From Mytilus trossulus (lineage: Eukaryota), in the NCBI RefSeq assembly GCF_036588685.1, contig NC_086382.1, forward strand, positions 56,668,001-56,732,000: a stretch of 64,000 bases of DNA, written 5' to 3'. A program made the position numbers and the translations under genes. The notes beneath the pieces are model-generated. The model saw only the letters and a list, made by a program, of their open reading frames with translations. It was not told the DNA's origin and made no database searches. How positions within the stretch are numbered: the stretch's first letter is position 1; the number at the start of each line of letters is the position of its first letter. Positions 12,660-23,997 of this stretch are shown one piece after another.

Positions 12660-15199
12660 CTAATGTTTGCAATCACAATGACCATCAATGCAATGTGGCA
12701 TACCATGACCATGTGGACAATGATGACCATGACAGTCAGCTTGGTCGGTGCAACCTATAATACAAAATAATAGAGAAAAAAATATATGCAGTATTTATTA
12801 TATTTGTTTTACTGTGATAAGCTTCATTGATATATATTCACTCCATACCAACTAGATCACAACCGATCTAGTTCTAAAGCTATTAATTTGATGTTTTGCA
12901 AAAGATAGAATGATTTTACAAATAACACATCTTTTTAGTTTTAAGAATCGACTTTTCGTAGCCATTGGATGGAAGACAAAACTTCTAGTAAAATTTCAAT
13001 ACTGGACTGAAAGTAAATTTTTCCCTTTTTTTTTACTTGTATAAAGAAAACAAGATCGATGACACCATTTGTTCTATTCATTTTCTTAAGGACTATTATA
13101 AAACATATCTTCTCATATTTTATTTCAAACTTTTATTTAATAGATTTTTTTTTCTCACAAAAATTAGTTTTTGCATGAAAAATCTATGTAAATTCAAGCA
13201 ATTGTGTACACATTTTGTTTTCAAAACTTACGCGAAAGACATAAACTTTAATATGTCATTTAAATCAATATATTAGAATTTTCCATCTTGAAATAAAGCA
13301 GTTCAAATAAACTCATCATAGATACCAAGAATGCAATTTAATGTTTATACCAGACGCTCGTTTCGTCTACAAAAGACTCATCAGTGACGCTCGAATCAAA
13401 AATGTTATAAAAGGCCAAATAAAGTACGAAGTTGTAGAGCATTGAAGACCAAAAAATCCAAAAAAAAGGATAATTCAATTTACCTCCGTGTCCGCCTCCA
13501 CCGCCTCCACATGTACAAACTCCATGTTGACACTCTACCATGCTTCCAGAGCTGCAAGTTTCCATTGTGCAGTCACTGGCCATTTGGCAGTTCTCTGCAT
13601 ATACTGCAGCTAAAAAAGAAAAAGAAAATGTCACATTTTATGTTCTTATAACACATTCTAAAACCAGACTCTCATTTCAACGATTCATTGTGGTACATCA
13701 ATATGTCGTAAAATTATACTCAATTTCAATATTTCGAAAGTCACTGAAGATCAAACAGGACAGTTTTGTAGGCACACCTTGCTAATTTGTATACTGTTAA
13801 TCATGAAACGGGGTTCACGCAAGTCTTATCGGTTATGTTCTAAATATTTGTTTAATTTATCTATTGGTCAAAGTCTCATTATTTTACGACATTTTTATGT
13901 GTTTTACTGCATTTCATAGTACTATACTGTATTTCAAAGTATTATACTGCATTTCAAGGTATTTTATTGCGTTTTAAAGTAGCTTAATTTTTTATATTTT
14001 TTTCTAATTCTCTAATCTAGTGACTCCTTTGAATTGATGAATTCCCCAGTAGTATATCGCTGTTCAAAAGTCATAAATCGATTGAGAGAAAAAAAAACTC
14101 TGGTTACAAACTAAAACCGAGTGAAACATTATGAGAGTGAAACAACTGCAGAACAGAAACACTGAAGTCCAACAAAAACCAAACGTCAATGCAACACAGA
14201 TAGACGAACTATTTGATACCAACTGCCATATTCCGTACGTGATACAGAAAAATTTAAAGAAACAAAATGGTGGGTTTAACCTGCTTTTGTAGCTAGATTT
14301 ACTTCTCACATGTATGACAGTTTCATGAAATTCCATTATATTTAAACCGATATGTGACATAATATGTAAACAGGTCAAATAAAGGGGTTGAATCTAAGAT
14401 AATTCTAAAGTGATTATATATATAGAAGAGGGACGAACGATACCAAAGGGACAGTCAAACTCATAAATCTAAAACAAACTGACATCGCCATGGCTAAAAA
14501 TGAACAAAGACAAAAAGACAAACATCAGTACACATGACACAACATAGAAAACTAACAAACAAACAACAACTGATGGAAATGTGTTGAATTTAGAACTTAA
14601 AAAAGTTTATTTGAAATAATAATCATCATTTTATTTGATATTAGAAAGGAATGTACCGACGACAAATATGTACTACATATCAATTTATTTATAAGATGTT
14701 CTTATTGTATATTTGTAGAATAAAATATCTTATTTCAACACATTTGACGAATACACATTTATTAAAAAACCTGATAATTTGTCAAAAGTATCAAATCCTG
14801 TTGCTTGATTACAAATGCAGTTTTTAAGTACAAATAATATGAAAGAAAAACAAGTTATTAAAACATGTTCCATTATTACCCACTGTTTTTCGTAGATCAG
14901 ATTTAGGAATAATGAAAAGAAATTCCATAACGATTGATGAACTACGTTATACGACACATACGTAACAGAATAATGCTTGTAATTATGTCTTGTACGAACA
15001 AATATCATGAATTATTGCATATCCCTGCAAAACAAAGCAAGTGAGATGGGCATATTGATGAAGACATTGACAAAGTTATAATTCTTTTAAAATTTAAATT
15101 AAATTCCAGAGAAAATTGTGTATGTTAATGTGTTTTAAATCTTAACACAGAATTCAACTCACCAATTAGAACAACGAAACACAGAATTGTAACTTTCAT
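12660..15199 (-). CDS. Secreted cysteine-rich peptide A, cvSI-2-like serine protease inhibitor (family I84-like), 85 aa
   Basis: Exons 15199-15163, 13609-13484, 12754-12660 (258 nt, phase-1 introns). MKVTILCFVVLIAAVYA|ENCQMASDCTMETCSSGSMVECQHGVCTCGGGGGGHGGCTDQADCHGHHCPHGHGMPHCIDGHCDCKH. Signal peptide plus 12 Cys in two 6-Cys modules; AATAAA 6 nt after the stop. Family assignment is from recalled Cys spacing, not from a search. Confidence 0.88.
13347..13392 (-). ncRNA. Minimal hammerhead ribozyme copy in intron 2 of gene A (element about 13308-13470)
   Basis: gagcguca CUGAUGA gucuuuuguagac GAAA cgagcg UC uggua. Core intact; stems I and III weakened. Confidence 0.72.
14426..14570 (-). mobile_element. 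Solo 3' terminus of the Penelope-like element in intron 1 of gene A
   Basis: Near-identical to 57157-57293. Confidence 0.7.
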
Positions 15200-15234
15200 G
15201 TTGATGGTTTGATAACAGAATAAGTTGTGATCAG

Positions 15235-15300
15235 TTTATATAAGGAATATTTTGATAAGAAGTTGAATAAAAGTTCCTGTAAATGACTTGATATCATTCT
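15235..15300 (-). promoter_or_regulatory. Core promoter of peptide gene A
   Basis: TATATAAA at 15242-15235, TGATAAG (GATA-type) at 15253-15259, TTCCTGTAA (STAT/Ets-like) at 15274-15282. All are conserved in the gene B promoter. Confidence 0.55.
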
Positions 15301-15477
15301 CACCAAAGACAAACACGAATTACGGTCAGCTGTTCGTTAATTAGGCCTATTCCATCGTGTTCAGGTTATCAAGGTGTAAGGTGTTGATTTTGTGGTCAGT
15401 AAGGAGGACAATGAACGATGACCAACAATTAAAAGCCAATAGTACCGCGAGTGGCATTATACACTAAATAAATTTCG

Positions 15478-15590
15478 CACCAAACCATGTACCTCCGTAA
15501 TCAGCAATGTTGTACAATGCATTGGATAAGGTGATGGCTTTAGGTGGATGGCAACACAAAATGAAGTACAATGATCGAAATTACTGACAG
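15478..15590 (+). pseudogene. Second degenerate copy of SAR1 last exon
   Basis: Translates [26 protein letters not shown], with TAA at 15527-15529. No upstream SAR1 exons seen nearby. Confidence 0.88.
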
Positions 15591-16429
15591 AACACAGATA
15601 TTGTTCAGAATGCATAGTTATAATTTTTTTTTAAATTTATAATGATTTATCATCCTGGTTTGTATATCTTTTTACAAAAATGTATTTATTTTATCTGTTT
15701 TTTTGTCGGTAATGAAAAATTCAAAATCCAGCTGCAAATTTTTGCACATGTCTAAGTCAGTAATCTGATTTTTAGTAGTTGTCGTATGTTTATGTAGTTA
15801 AAATGTTTTTCTAGTTTCTCGTTTTTATATAGATCAGACCGTTGGTTTTCCGTTTGAATGGTTTAACAAAGGCTCCATGTTGAAGACCGTACCTTGACTT
15901 ATAATTGTTTACTTTTATAAATTGTTACTTGGATGGAGAGTTGTCTCATTGGCACTCATACCACATCTTCCCATATCTATATCTATATATATATATATTT
16001 AAATTATTATTTCAATCTAGTAAAAAATAAAATCCCCAAAACACTGAACTTCGAGGAAAATTCAAAACGGAAAATCCCTAACTAAATGGCAAAATCAAAT
16101 GAAAAAAACACATTAACGAATGGACAGCAACTGTCATATTCCTGACTTGGTACAGGTAATATCGTGTAACGTTTGGACACAAATCTTACCAATGGAATAT
16201 ATGAAACAACCTATTGTTGGCATAAGCATTCTATCTAGTTATTCTCATGATGTCTCTTTTAATGACCTGATGCCATTGATGCAAAAGCCGTTTGGTATTC
16301 ATCCCATTTGCACGAGGCTTTATTCATTAACCTTTTCAAAACTTCATTCTCTGTTCAACTGATGTTTTGAATCCACTGTTAAAAAGACTCAAACACATAC
16401 AAACTTACAGCTATCATTTCGGATATTTC

Positions 16430-16790
16430 TAGTCACAGACTTTTCGTACCAGTTTGCATTTGAAAAGATGAAAAAGAGAAAAGATCATTCTTATACTTTC
16501 CTTTGCCAACACATGTGTCGATCTAGTCAACTTAAGCAAAATACTTTATAATAAATAAGTTCAATCGAAAACACCTCCCTATTTTAAAGATCAGTCTGTA
16601 CACTAGTAAACCAAACATATTGAAACTAAAATGTTCAATTACAAAGACGTGTTGCAGGATATCAATATTGACGACTTCAAGTCTAAACCTTCTTATTGCA
16701 CCTATGATAGTTCCCGATTCATATATAATCCGGCTAGCATGTTATGTCCAGTGACATCAACATTATCAACACAACTTCAATATACTGATG
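16430..16790 (+). mobile_element. Degenerate internal fragment of a Penelope-like retroelement ORF
   Basis: MFNYKDVLQDINIDDFKSKPSYCT.DSSRFIYNPA resembles the region N-terminal to the RT in the same bivalve element family (recalled). Confidence 0.5.
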
Positions 16791-18658
16791 GATTAAGCCG
16801 AGGATTGTGCCATCTAATGGGACAACACGAGAAATTAGACGTACTTACTACTGTATAGCGGGTCATCGCGTTGTAAAATATCGCGATTTACATTGAATAA
16901 GGTATACAAAATATTTTGGCGGTTGTTATTTTCTTAACTTTTACTAAAACCTTTGTACGTGCCCTTTAACCTATGTAATAATGCGTAGGTGTCAGTTTTA
17001 AAAATGTACAGACCAAGATTGAAGAATAAAACAGATATTCAATACAACAAGCATAATATAAACAAATAGGAATAATAAAAAAAAATTGACAAGCAAAAGT
17101 TTCCTGACCAACAAAATGATGTCCTATGAACTGTATTATTCTCACCTGACTGGAAGGGCCATCTGAGCGTTTGTCATTACTTGGCGTTCTCCTATCTATT
17201 TTTACAAGATCATCTCCCCTAAAACTGCTGCGCCGAATTCGACCACACTAAGCCAAAATTATCATTGGGGTTTATACTTAAAAACCTGTGTCCGAGCCAC
17301 CGCTTGCCAACAAACATTCGCAGACATTGCCAAAAAAAATCATATTTTGTCCATTATCTTGAAAACGACTACAGATAAAAGAAACCTGACAAGTGCTTAA
17401 AAAATTCAAACGAAGAGACCTACCCAATGACTATTAATATATCATCAGTCAAACGACTTTTTACAAGTGTTTTCCATTGTTATTACCATTAAACGACAAA
17501 ATTTTCCATTTTGTAAAATCTTTGCCTATTATCTCTGAAATTATAAAAAATAGGCAGAAACTTTAAAATGACAAAATTATCAACAAATACCTATTAGCCA
17601 AATGATCTTAATCGTCAGTCGAACCCTTCTTTAATAAATATCCTTTAATGACGATTTTCGCCATATTTTTTAAGCATTTTTGTCTATCAATTTGAAAATT
17701 ATTATACAAAGATCAAAACCTTTTAAAAAGAAATCTTTATAAAAAAGACATCTACAAATAAGTTACATTCCCGAATTGGCTAGTTTTTCATACTGAAATT
17801 ATTACCCTTTAAATTGTAAAAATGACCAGCAAGACTTACTATTTAGACATTGTAAGAAAAATGGTGAGTTGAAACTAATTTTGTGGCTAGCCAAACCTCC
17901 CACTTTGATGGCAATGATAAATATATCATAAAATGACAACATTGCATTACAGGACTACAATACAAATACACATATTATTTTGCGTGAACGTTTTTCTTCC
18001 AAGTTGCCCACATAAACACTTTACATTGCTACACAGAATGTATCTAAGGTTCGAATCCAGTCATTTATAAAATAAAGGTAAGACATATTCTGGAATGAAA
18101 AAAAATATATATATAATTGAAAATATCGATGTCAAATTAAGAAGATGAAATCTGTTTGTTGGTGTACATATATATTTTCCTTTGCTTTAAATCTGAAATA
18201 CTTTTTGTAAGTATTTTCAAATTATCTTATTTATAAACAAGTTACCACTCCATACAGCTGCCTCTTTGATCTCGTGGTAGCTTTTTCGACTCGAGTGAGA
18301 TGTTGCTGGAGCTGGGTTTAATTCAACAGAAAGATAAAAAGACCTATCATAAAATAAATGATAACCGAAAAGACATTATCTTCGCTAGCCAAGGGTTACA
18401 ATCCACTCCCCTCATCTCCACCCATGGCGGATGAAGAGAAAATTGCGTATGAGGTAATGATGTTCATTGGTTGCAGTCGTTCAATCAAAATGCGCCTATA
18501 ACTTGACTCCGTGTAAATGTAGAAAATGTAGGTAAATAATTGCCAAGTGCTGATTGTGCAACAAGTCTTAACGACCAAAAACATACGACGATATTTAGTG
18601 ACAATTTGAAAGTTCTTAATCAACTAATAGAAGTTCCTATGCATTTTTCTTGCACTCA

Positions 18659-18994
18659 CGTATTAAATTATAAGCCTGGTACCTTTGATAACTATTTACA
18701 CCACTGGATCGATGACACTGCTGATGGACGTTTCGTTCCCGAGGGTTTCGCCAGTTCAGTAGTCATCACTTCGGTGTTGACATGCATATTAATTATATAG
18801 TCATTTGCTTTTTTATAAATTTACTGTTTGCAAAAGAATAAATTATTCGAAATACTAAGGATTTTCTTATCCCAGACAAAGATAACCTTAGCCGTATTTG
18901 ACACTATTTTGATCTGAGCGTCTCTGATGAGTCTTATGTAGACGAAACGCACACCTGGCGTATTCAATTATAAGCCTGGTACCTTTGATAACTA
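18659..18994 (+). mobile_element. Retrozyme-like monomer with terminal direct repeat (300-nt period) and a mutated hammerhead at 18916-18962
   Basis: cgtatt(a/c)aattataagcctggtacctttgataacta at 18659-18694 and 18959-18994. Internal CTGATGAgtcttatgtagacGAAAcgcacACC, with the GTC cleavage triplet lost. Confidence 0.75.
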
Positions 18995-20693
18995 CTTGAA
19001 TATCAATGAATATTTTCGTTTCCATCTCCACCGAGTTTGTAAACTCTATACGCTTCTAATGTTTTCACCTCCACACTAAAGAGAGTTCAAGTGCTATCAT
19101 TGGTCAAGAATAATGTATTTGGAATGGGCGTGACTTAAATCGACCGAAAGATGGCGCAACATTGTTATCACAAATGTTGGCTTAATCTGCCACGACCGGT
19201 GGAGAGGAGGGGAATGAATCGTAACATTTGGCTAGCGAAAAGAAAACATACAAGACACCACAAAAAATATCCAGAAGCCTCTGATTGGATTACACCACAA
19301 GAAAACCTCGATGTGGAGCTCAGGTGCTACATACTGGAAAGCAGTTTGTGTTCAATCACAATATCTTGAAATACAATACAGTCTTTATTACTAAATGAAT
19401 AGAGTTGAAATCGGGTTGACATGCATATTAATTATATGGTCATTTGCTTCTTTATAAATTTACTGTTTGCAAAAGAATAAATTATTCGAAATACTAAGGA
19501 TTTTCTTATCCCAGACAAAGATAACCTTAGCCGTATTTGACACTATTTTGATCTGAGCGTCTCTGATGAGTCTTATGTAGACGAAACGCACACCTGGCGT
19601 ATTCAATTATAAGCCTGGTACCTTTGATAACTACTGGAATATCAATGAATATTTTCGTTTCCATCTCCACCGAGTTTGTAAACTCTATACGCTTCTAATG
19701 TTTTCACCTCCACACTAAAGAGAGTTCAAGTGCTATCATTGGTCAAGAATAATGTATTTGGAATGGGCGTGACTTAAATCGACCGAAAGATGGCGCAACA
19801 TTGTTATCACAAATGTTGGCTTAATCTGCCACGACCGGTGGAGAGGAGGGGAATGAATCGTAACATTTGGCTAGCGAAAAGAAAACATACAAGACACCAC
19901 AAAAAATATCCAGAAGCCTCTGATTGGATTACACCACAAGAAAACCTCGATGTGGAGCTCAGGTGCTACATACTGGAAAGCAGTTTGTGTTCAATCACAA
20001 TATCTTGAAAAACAATACAGTCTTTATTACTAAATGAATAGAGTTGAAATCGGGTTGACATGCATATTAATTATATGGTCATTTGCTTTTTTATAAATTT
20101 ACTGTTTGCAAAAGAATAAATTATTCGAAATACTAAGGATTTTCTTATCCCAGACAAAGATAACCTTAGCCGTATTTGACACTATTTTGATCTGAGCGTC
20201 TCTGATGAGTCTTATGTAGACGAAACGCACACCTGGCGTATTCAATATAAGCCTGGTACCTTTGATAACTACTGGAATATCAATGAATATTTTCGTTTCC
20301 ATCTCCACCGAGTTTGTAAACTCTATACGCTTCTAATGTTTTCACCTCCACACTAAAGAGAGTTCAAGTGCTATCATTGGTCAAGAATAATGTATTTGGA
20401 ATGGGCGTGACTTAAATCGACCGAAAGATGGCGCAACATTGTTATCACAAATGTTGGCTTAATCTGCCACGACCGGTGGAGAGGAGGGGAATGAATCGTA
20501 ACATTTGGCTAGCGAAAAGAAAACATACAAGACACCACAAAAAATATCCAGAAGCCTCTGATTGGATTACACCACAAGAAAACCTCGATGAGGAGCTCAG
20601 GTGCTACATACTGGAAAGCAGTTTGTGTTCAATCACAATATCTTGAAAAACAATACAGTCTTTATTACTAAATGAATAGAGTTGAAATCGGGT
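18776..20693. repeat. Three near-identical head-to-tail copies of a 639-bp unit
   Basis: Units start at 18776, 19415 and 20054 and differ at only a few positions; the third has a 1-nt deletion. Confidence 0.95.
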
Positions 20694-20809
20694 ATCGCGT
20701 TTTCTTCTTTCACATAAAATCCACGAATATTGTTTCATACCACTAATGACCAGCGTAGTTTATGTTGTGTTCATTTCAAGATCTTTTATTTTTTAAGTGG
20801 AAAGTGCTA

Positions 20810-21320
20810 CTTTACACTGAAACACTTTGTGATACACATTCCCTTGACGCTCTCAGCAATTTAAAAACAAATCTTCACACGTCAAGCAAGAGTTTTTCCT
20901 TCCAGGGAACCGCATCAACTCAACATGTAAAAGGTGGGAGGGATTACTTCAGTTTTCGGCTACAAATGGGAACCGAAGTGCGGATGGAATGTACCCAACC
21001 CAATTCATATATCAATGCATAAAAAAAGCCCACTCATATATGAAGTTGGTTCTGAGCACGAAAACACTCGAAATCAGATGCAGATTGTCCTTACACTGAA
21101 ACACTTTGTGATAACATTCTCTTGACGTTTTTGACAACATAATTTTACACTTCAAGAGAATCGCATACATTCAACATGTAAAAGGTGGGGTATTACTTCA
21201 GTTTTCGATTAAAAATGATTACCGAAGTGCGCTGGAAAGTGACCCAACACATTTATATATTAATGCATAAAATTTTCAGCCCACTCATATATAGGGGTCG
21301 TTCTGAGCACTAAACACTAA
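20810..21320. repeat. Diverged tandem duplication, period about 250-280 bp
   Basis: ttacactgaaacactttgtgata...caacatgtaaaaggtggg...ttctgagcac occurs twice. Confidence 0.75.
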
Positions 21321-23997
21321 CAATCATGTGCGGATCCAGGATTTGAAGGGGCCTAAAAAATATTGTTTCACCGAGAGGAGCGAGATGCGAAATGCTTTTG
21401 GGTAAAAATGCCAAAATCAAACCAGGGTTCTAACAGAATGGTGTAAACAAAATATTTCATAAATAAAACACATTTGATCTACAATGGTTAATAAGCAACA
21501 GACGATTTAAGATATCAGTTTGAAAAGGTGTAAACGAGATAATTTGCCGATCTTAGGGAGGTGGATTATTTCATTTCCATCTGTATTTAATCCAAACTGA
21601 AAATTATAGTTTCTTTTTACTATTTTATAAAACTTACAGATTTGACAGCAATAAACCAAATTCCAAATAACTTTGGAATTTGCAAGAACACTATATAATA
21701 TAGATAAAGGCAAGTTTTATGACAATCAAAGTTGGATGACACCACGTTCACATCCTGTATTAGGCACGGACCTTTTGACTTTCAGCGGGATGGGGCTGGG
21801 ATTATCATGTGCACCTGGATTTTTTTATCACTCAATGTTTTCCCTATGTGTTCAGTACACAAAATTTATTTCCAAGATTATTTTTGGGATTGGCAAACCT
21901 GTTAGAAGTGCTAGACAAACTATTTTTTTTACCAAATCAGGGTCAGCATATTTTTTGTAAAAAATACAAGTCAGTTTTCACTATATATATATGTCACCAA
22001 TTAAAGGTATTTATAAACACATATTATTTTGATCAGTGCAATGTATCCAGGGTATAACAATGCATATACTATGCTTAGATCACACACGCCAATAGTTTCT
22101 GTCGGGAAGACTATTCATTTGCTTGTCTTATTGAGTGTTGGTGTTTTGTCTGTGACACGATTCAAAAAGATTTTAAAAGATCTTTATATCGCCTAACTAA
22201 AACTATGAATCTTAAAATTATGAACTAATGTTTATTTCGCGGTTATTTTCTAGTTATTCATTATTTTAACAGTATCTGATGCATAACCTGTCTAGTCTAA
22301 TTAGAAATCTTCCCTAGAAGCCAAATCAGAAATCGAAATTAAAACCGATATCAAAATCAATGTTGTATATGAAGTAATGAAAGTAAACTAGCTTCCCGCA
22401 GCTTGGTGCATATATTAAAATTCCCTCCCTATCACATGTGTATACTTTGCTTTGAGACTGATGCTATCAAATTACATTATAGTTTCAATGTTTGCGTAAA
22501 ATTTGGATTCAAACCTTAAGTACTTTGCCATTTGACTATTAACAGATTGCACCAAGGGCTTAAATGAAACCTGTGAGTTTTGACTGCACGTTAAAATGAC
22601 AATTGTGTATTTTAGGGTTGATCTTTCTGGTTAAATAAAGCAATGAAGCTATCATCGTTTAAAAAAATCAGATACAATTTAGTAGAAAAAATTTTAGAAT
22701 TGTGAAAATCTCGAATTTTGAAAATATTGTGTTTGGTTTCTATAAACCGCAAAAATCGGTCACTTATGGTTTTCTTTCTTTCAGTTTTGTGTTGAGATTT
22801 ATAAAATGAAGGTTCATTAAGTTATTCTTTTATTAATTTCTACGAAAAACGAATACAAACAGTGAACATTGTCAACATGTCAGTAATTTTCGGCAACTAT
22901 TTCTTAGAATTTCTGCACATACCAGTAAAAACGTGCATGTTGTGGTTCCAGAGGCCAAATAGTATACATAAAATGCATTTCTTACTACTTGTGTTACTTG
23001 TTTTTGAATAAAAAATCATAATTACCCCCCCCCCCCTCTTTTCGCCTGGTTAACACAACATCCCACATTTCTTTTAAAGATGTAAAAAAAAATGCAGTTT
23101 TTACGTCTTTCTGAATATCTTATTATAATCTAATATTTGTACGTGAAAGGTCAACTTAAAAATAAATAAATAACATTGAAAATAAGTATGCATTTAATCA
23201 ATTTTCACCGTCTGGTTCCGTAGTTGAGGGGATGCATATCAGGTTAGTAATCAAGCGATCCGGGTTCGTATTCTGCAATGGTGAATTTGTGGTTTAAAAA
23301 AACAATACCAATTTTAAATAACTTGACTTCTAATTCTAACTTCAAATTTAAAATGGTTTTTTTCCTTGTGACAATGTTAATTTTCTGTCTTTTGTCTATG
23401 GCCGTTTATAAAATTAGAGACATACATGTTAAGATAATTTATTACAAATCGGTAACTTAGGGATGCTGAAGCTGCAAGACTTGTTTTTCTGTCTTTTAAA
23501 TGATTGTAGCGATTAAAGTGTGGATGCACTTCGGTTGCACAGTTTAGCCACGGTTTTTACATAGAAAGCTCGAAAATAGCAATTTTTACCTAAATCACCC
23601 ATATAGCATGTTTGGCTATAAAAAAAATGCTTTTTCTTACATAAATAGACCATGCAAAATTCTTTTTCGTTGAGATGTTATTCCTAACATTGTATTTGAA
23701 TGCTCTGTTGATACTATTTCCAAAAATAAACTTAAAAAAAGGACATTTTTTTTGTTGTTGTCACGTGACATTGGACTGATATCACGTGATCAAATATGAT
23801 ATACTTTTTTTACAAACCTGTCATTAATATATCTGAAAAACTATTTTCTGTAAAAAATCTTTATTGATAAGTCTACTAACAGTAATAAGAAAGTTATGAT
23901 TGATTGAAATTTGATCGTTACTGTGCGGCAAAAAGTGCAGTTTTTGTCGAATGGTAAAGAGCATAAGACAATTACGATTGTATATTTTTTTAATATT

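Noticed and set aside
19151-20646. Three nearly identical 72-aa ORFs (MAQHCYHKCW...)
   Set aside because: Their identity comes from the 639-bp triplication. There is no recognisable domain or splice context, and the homologous part of block A does not appear to keep the frame.
23210-23285. tRNA-like sequence with an A-box-like motif and GGTTCG B-box
   Set aside because: No convincing cloverleaf or acceptor stem; at most a decayed tRNA-derived repeat head.
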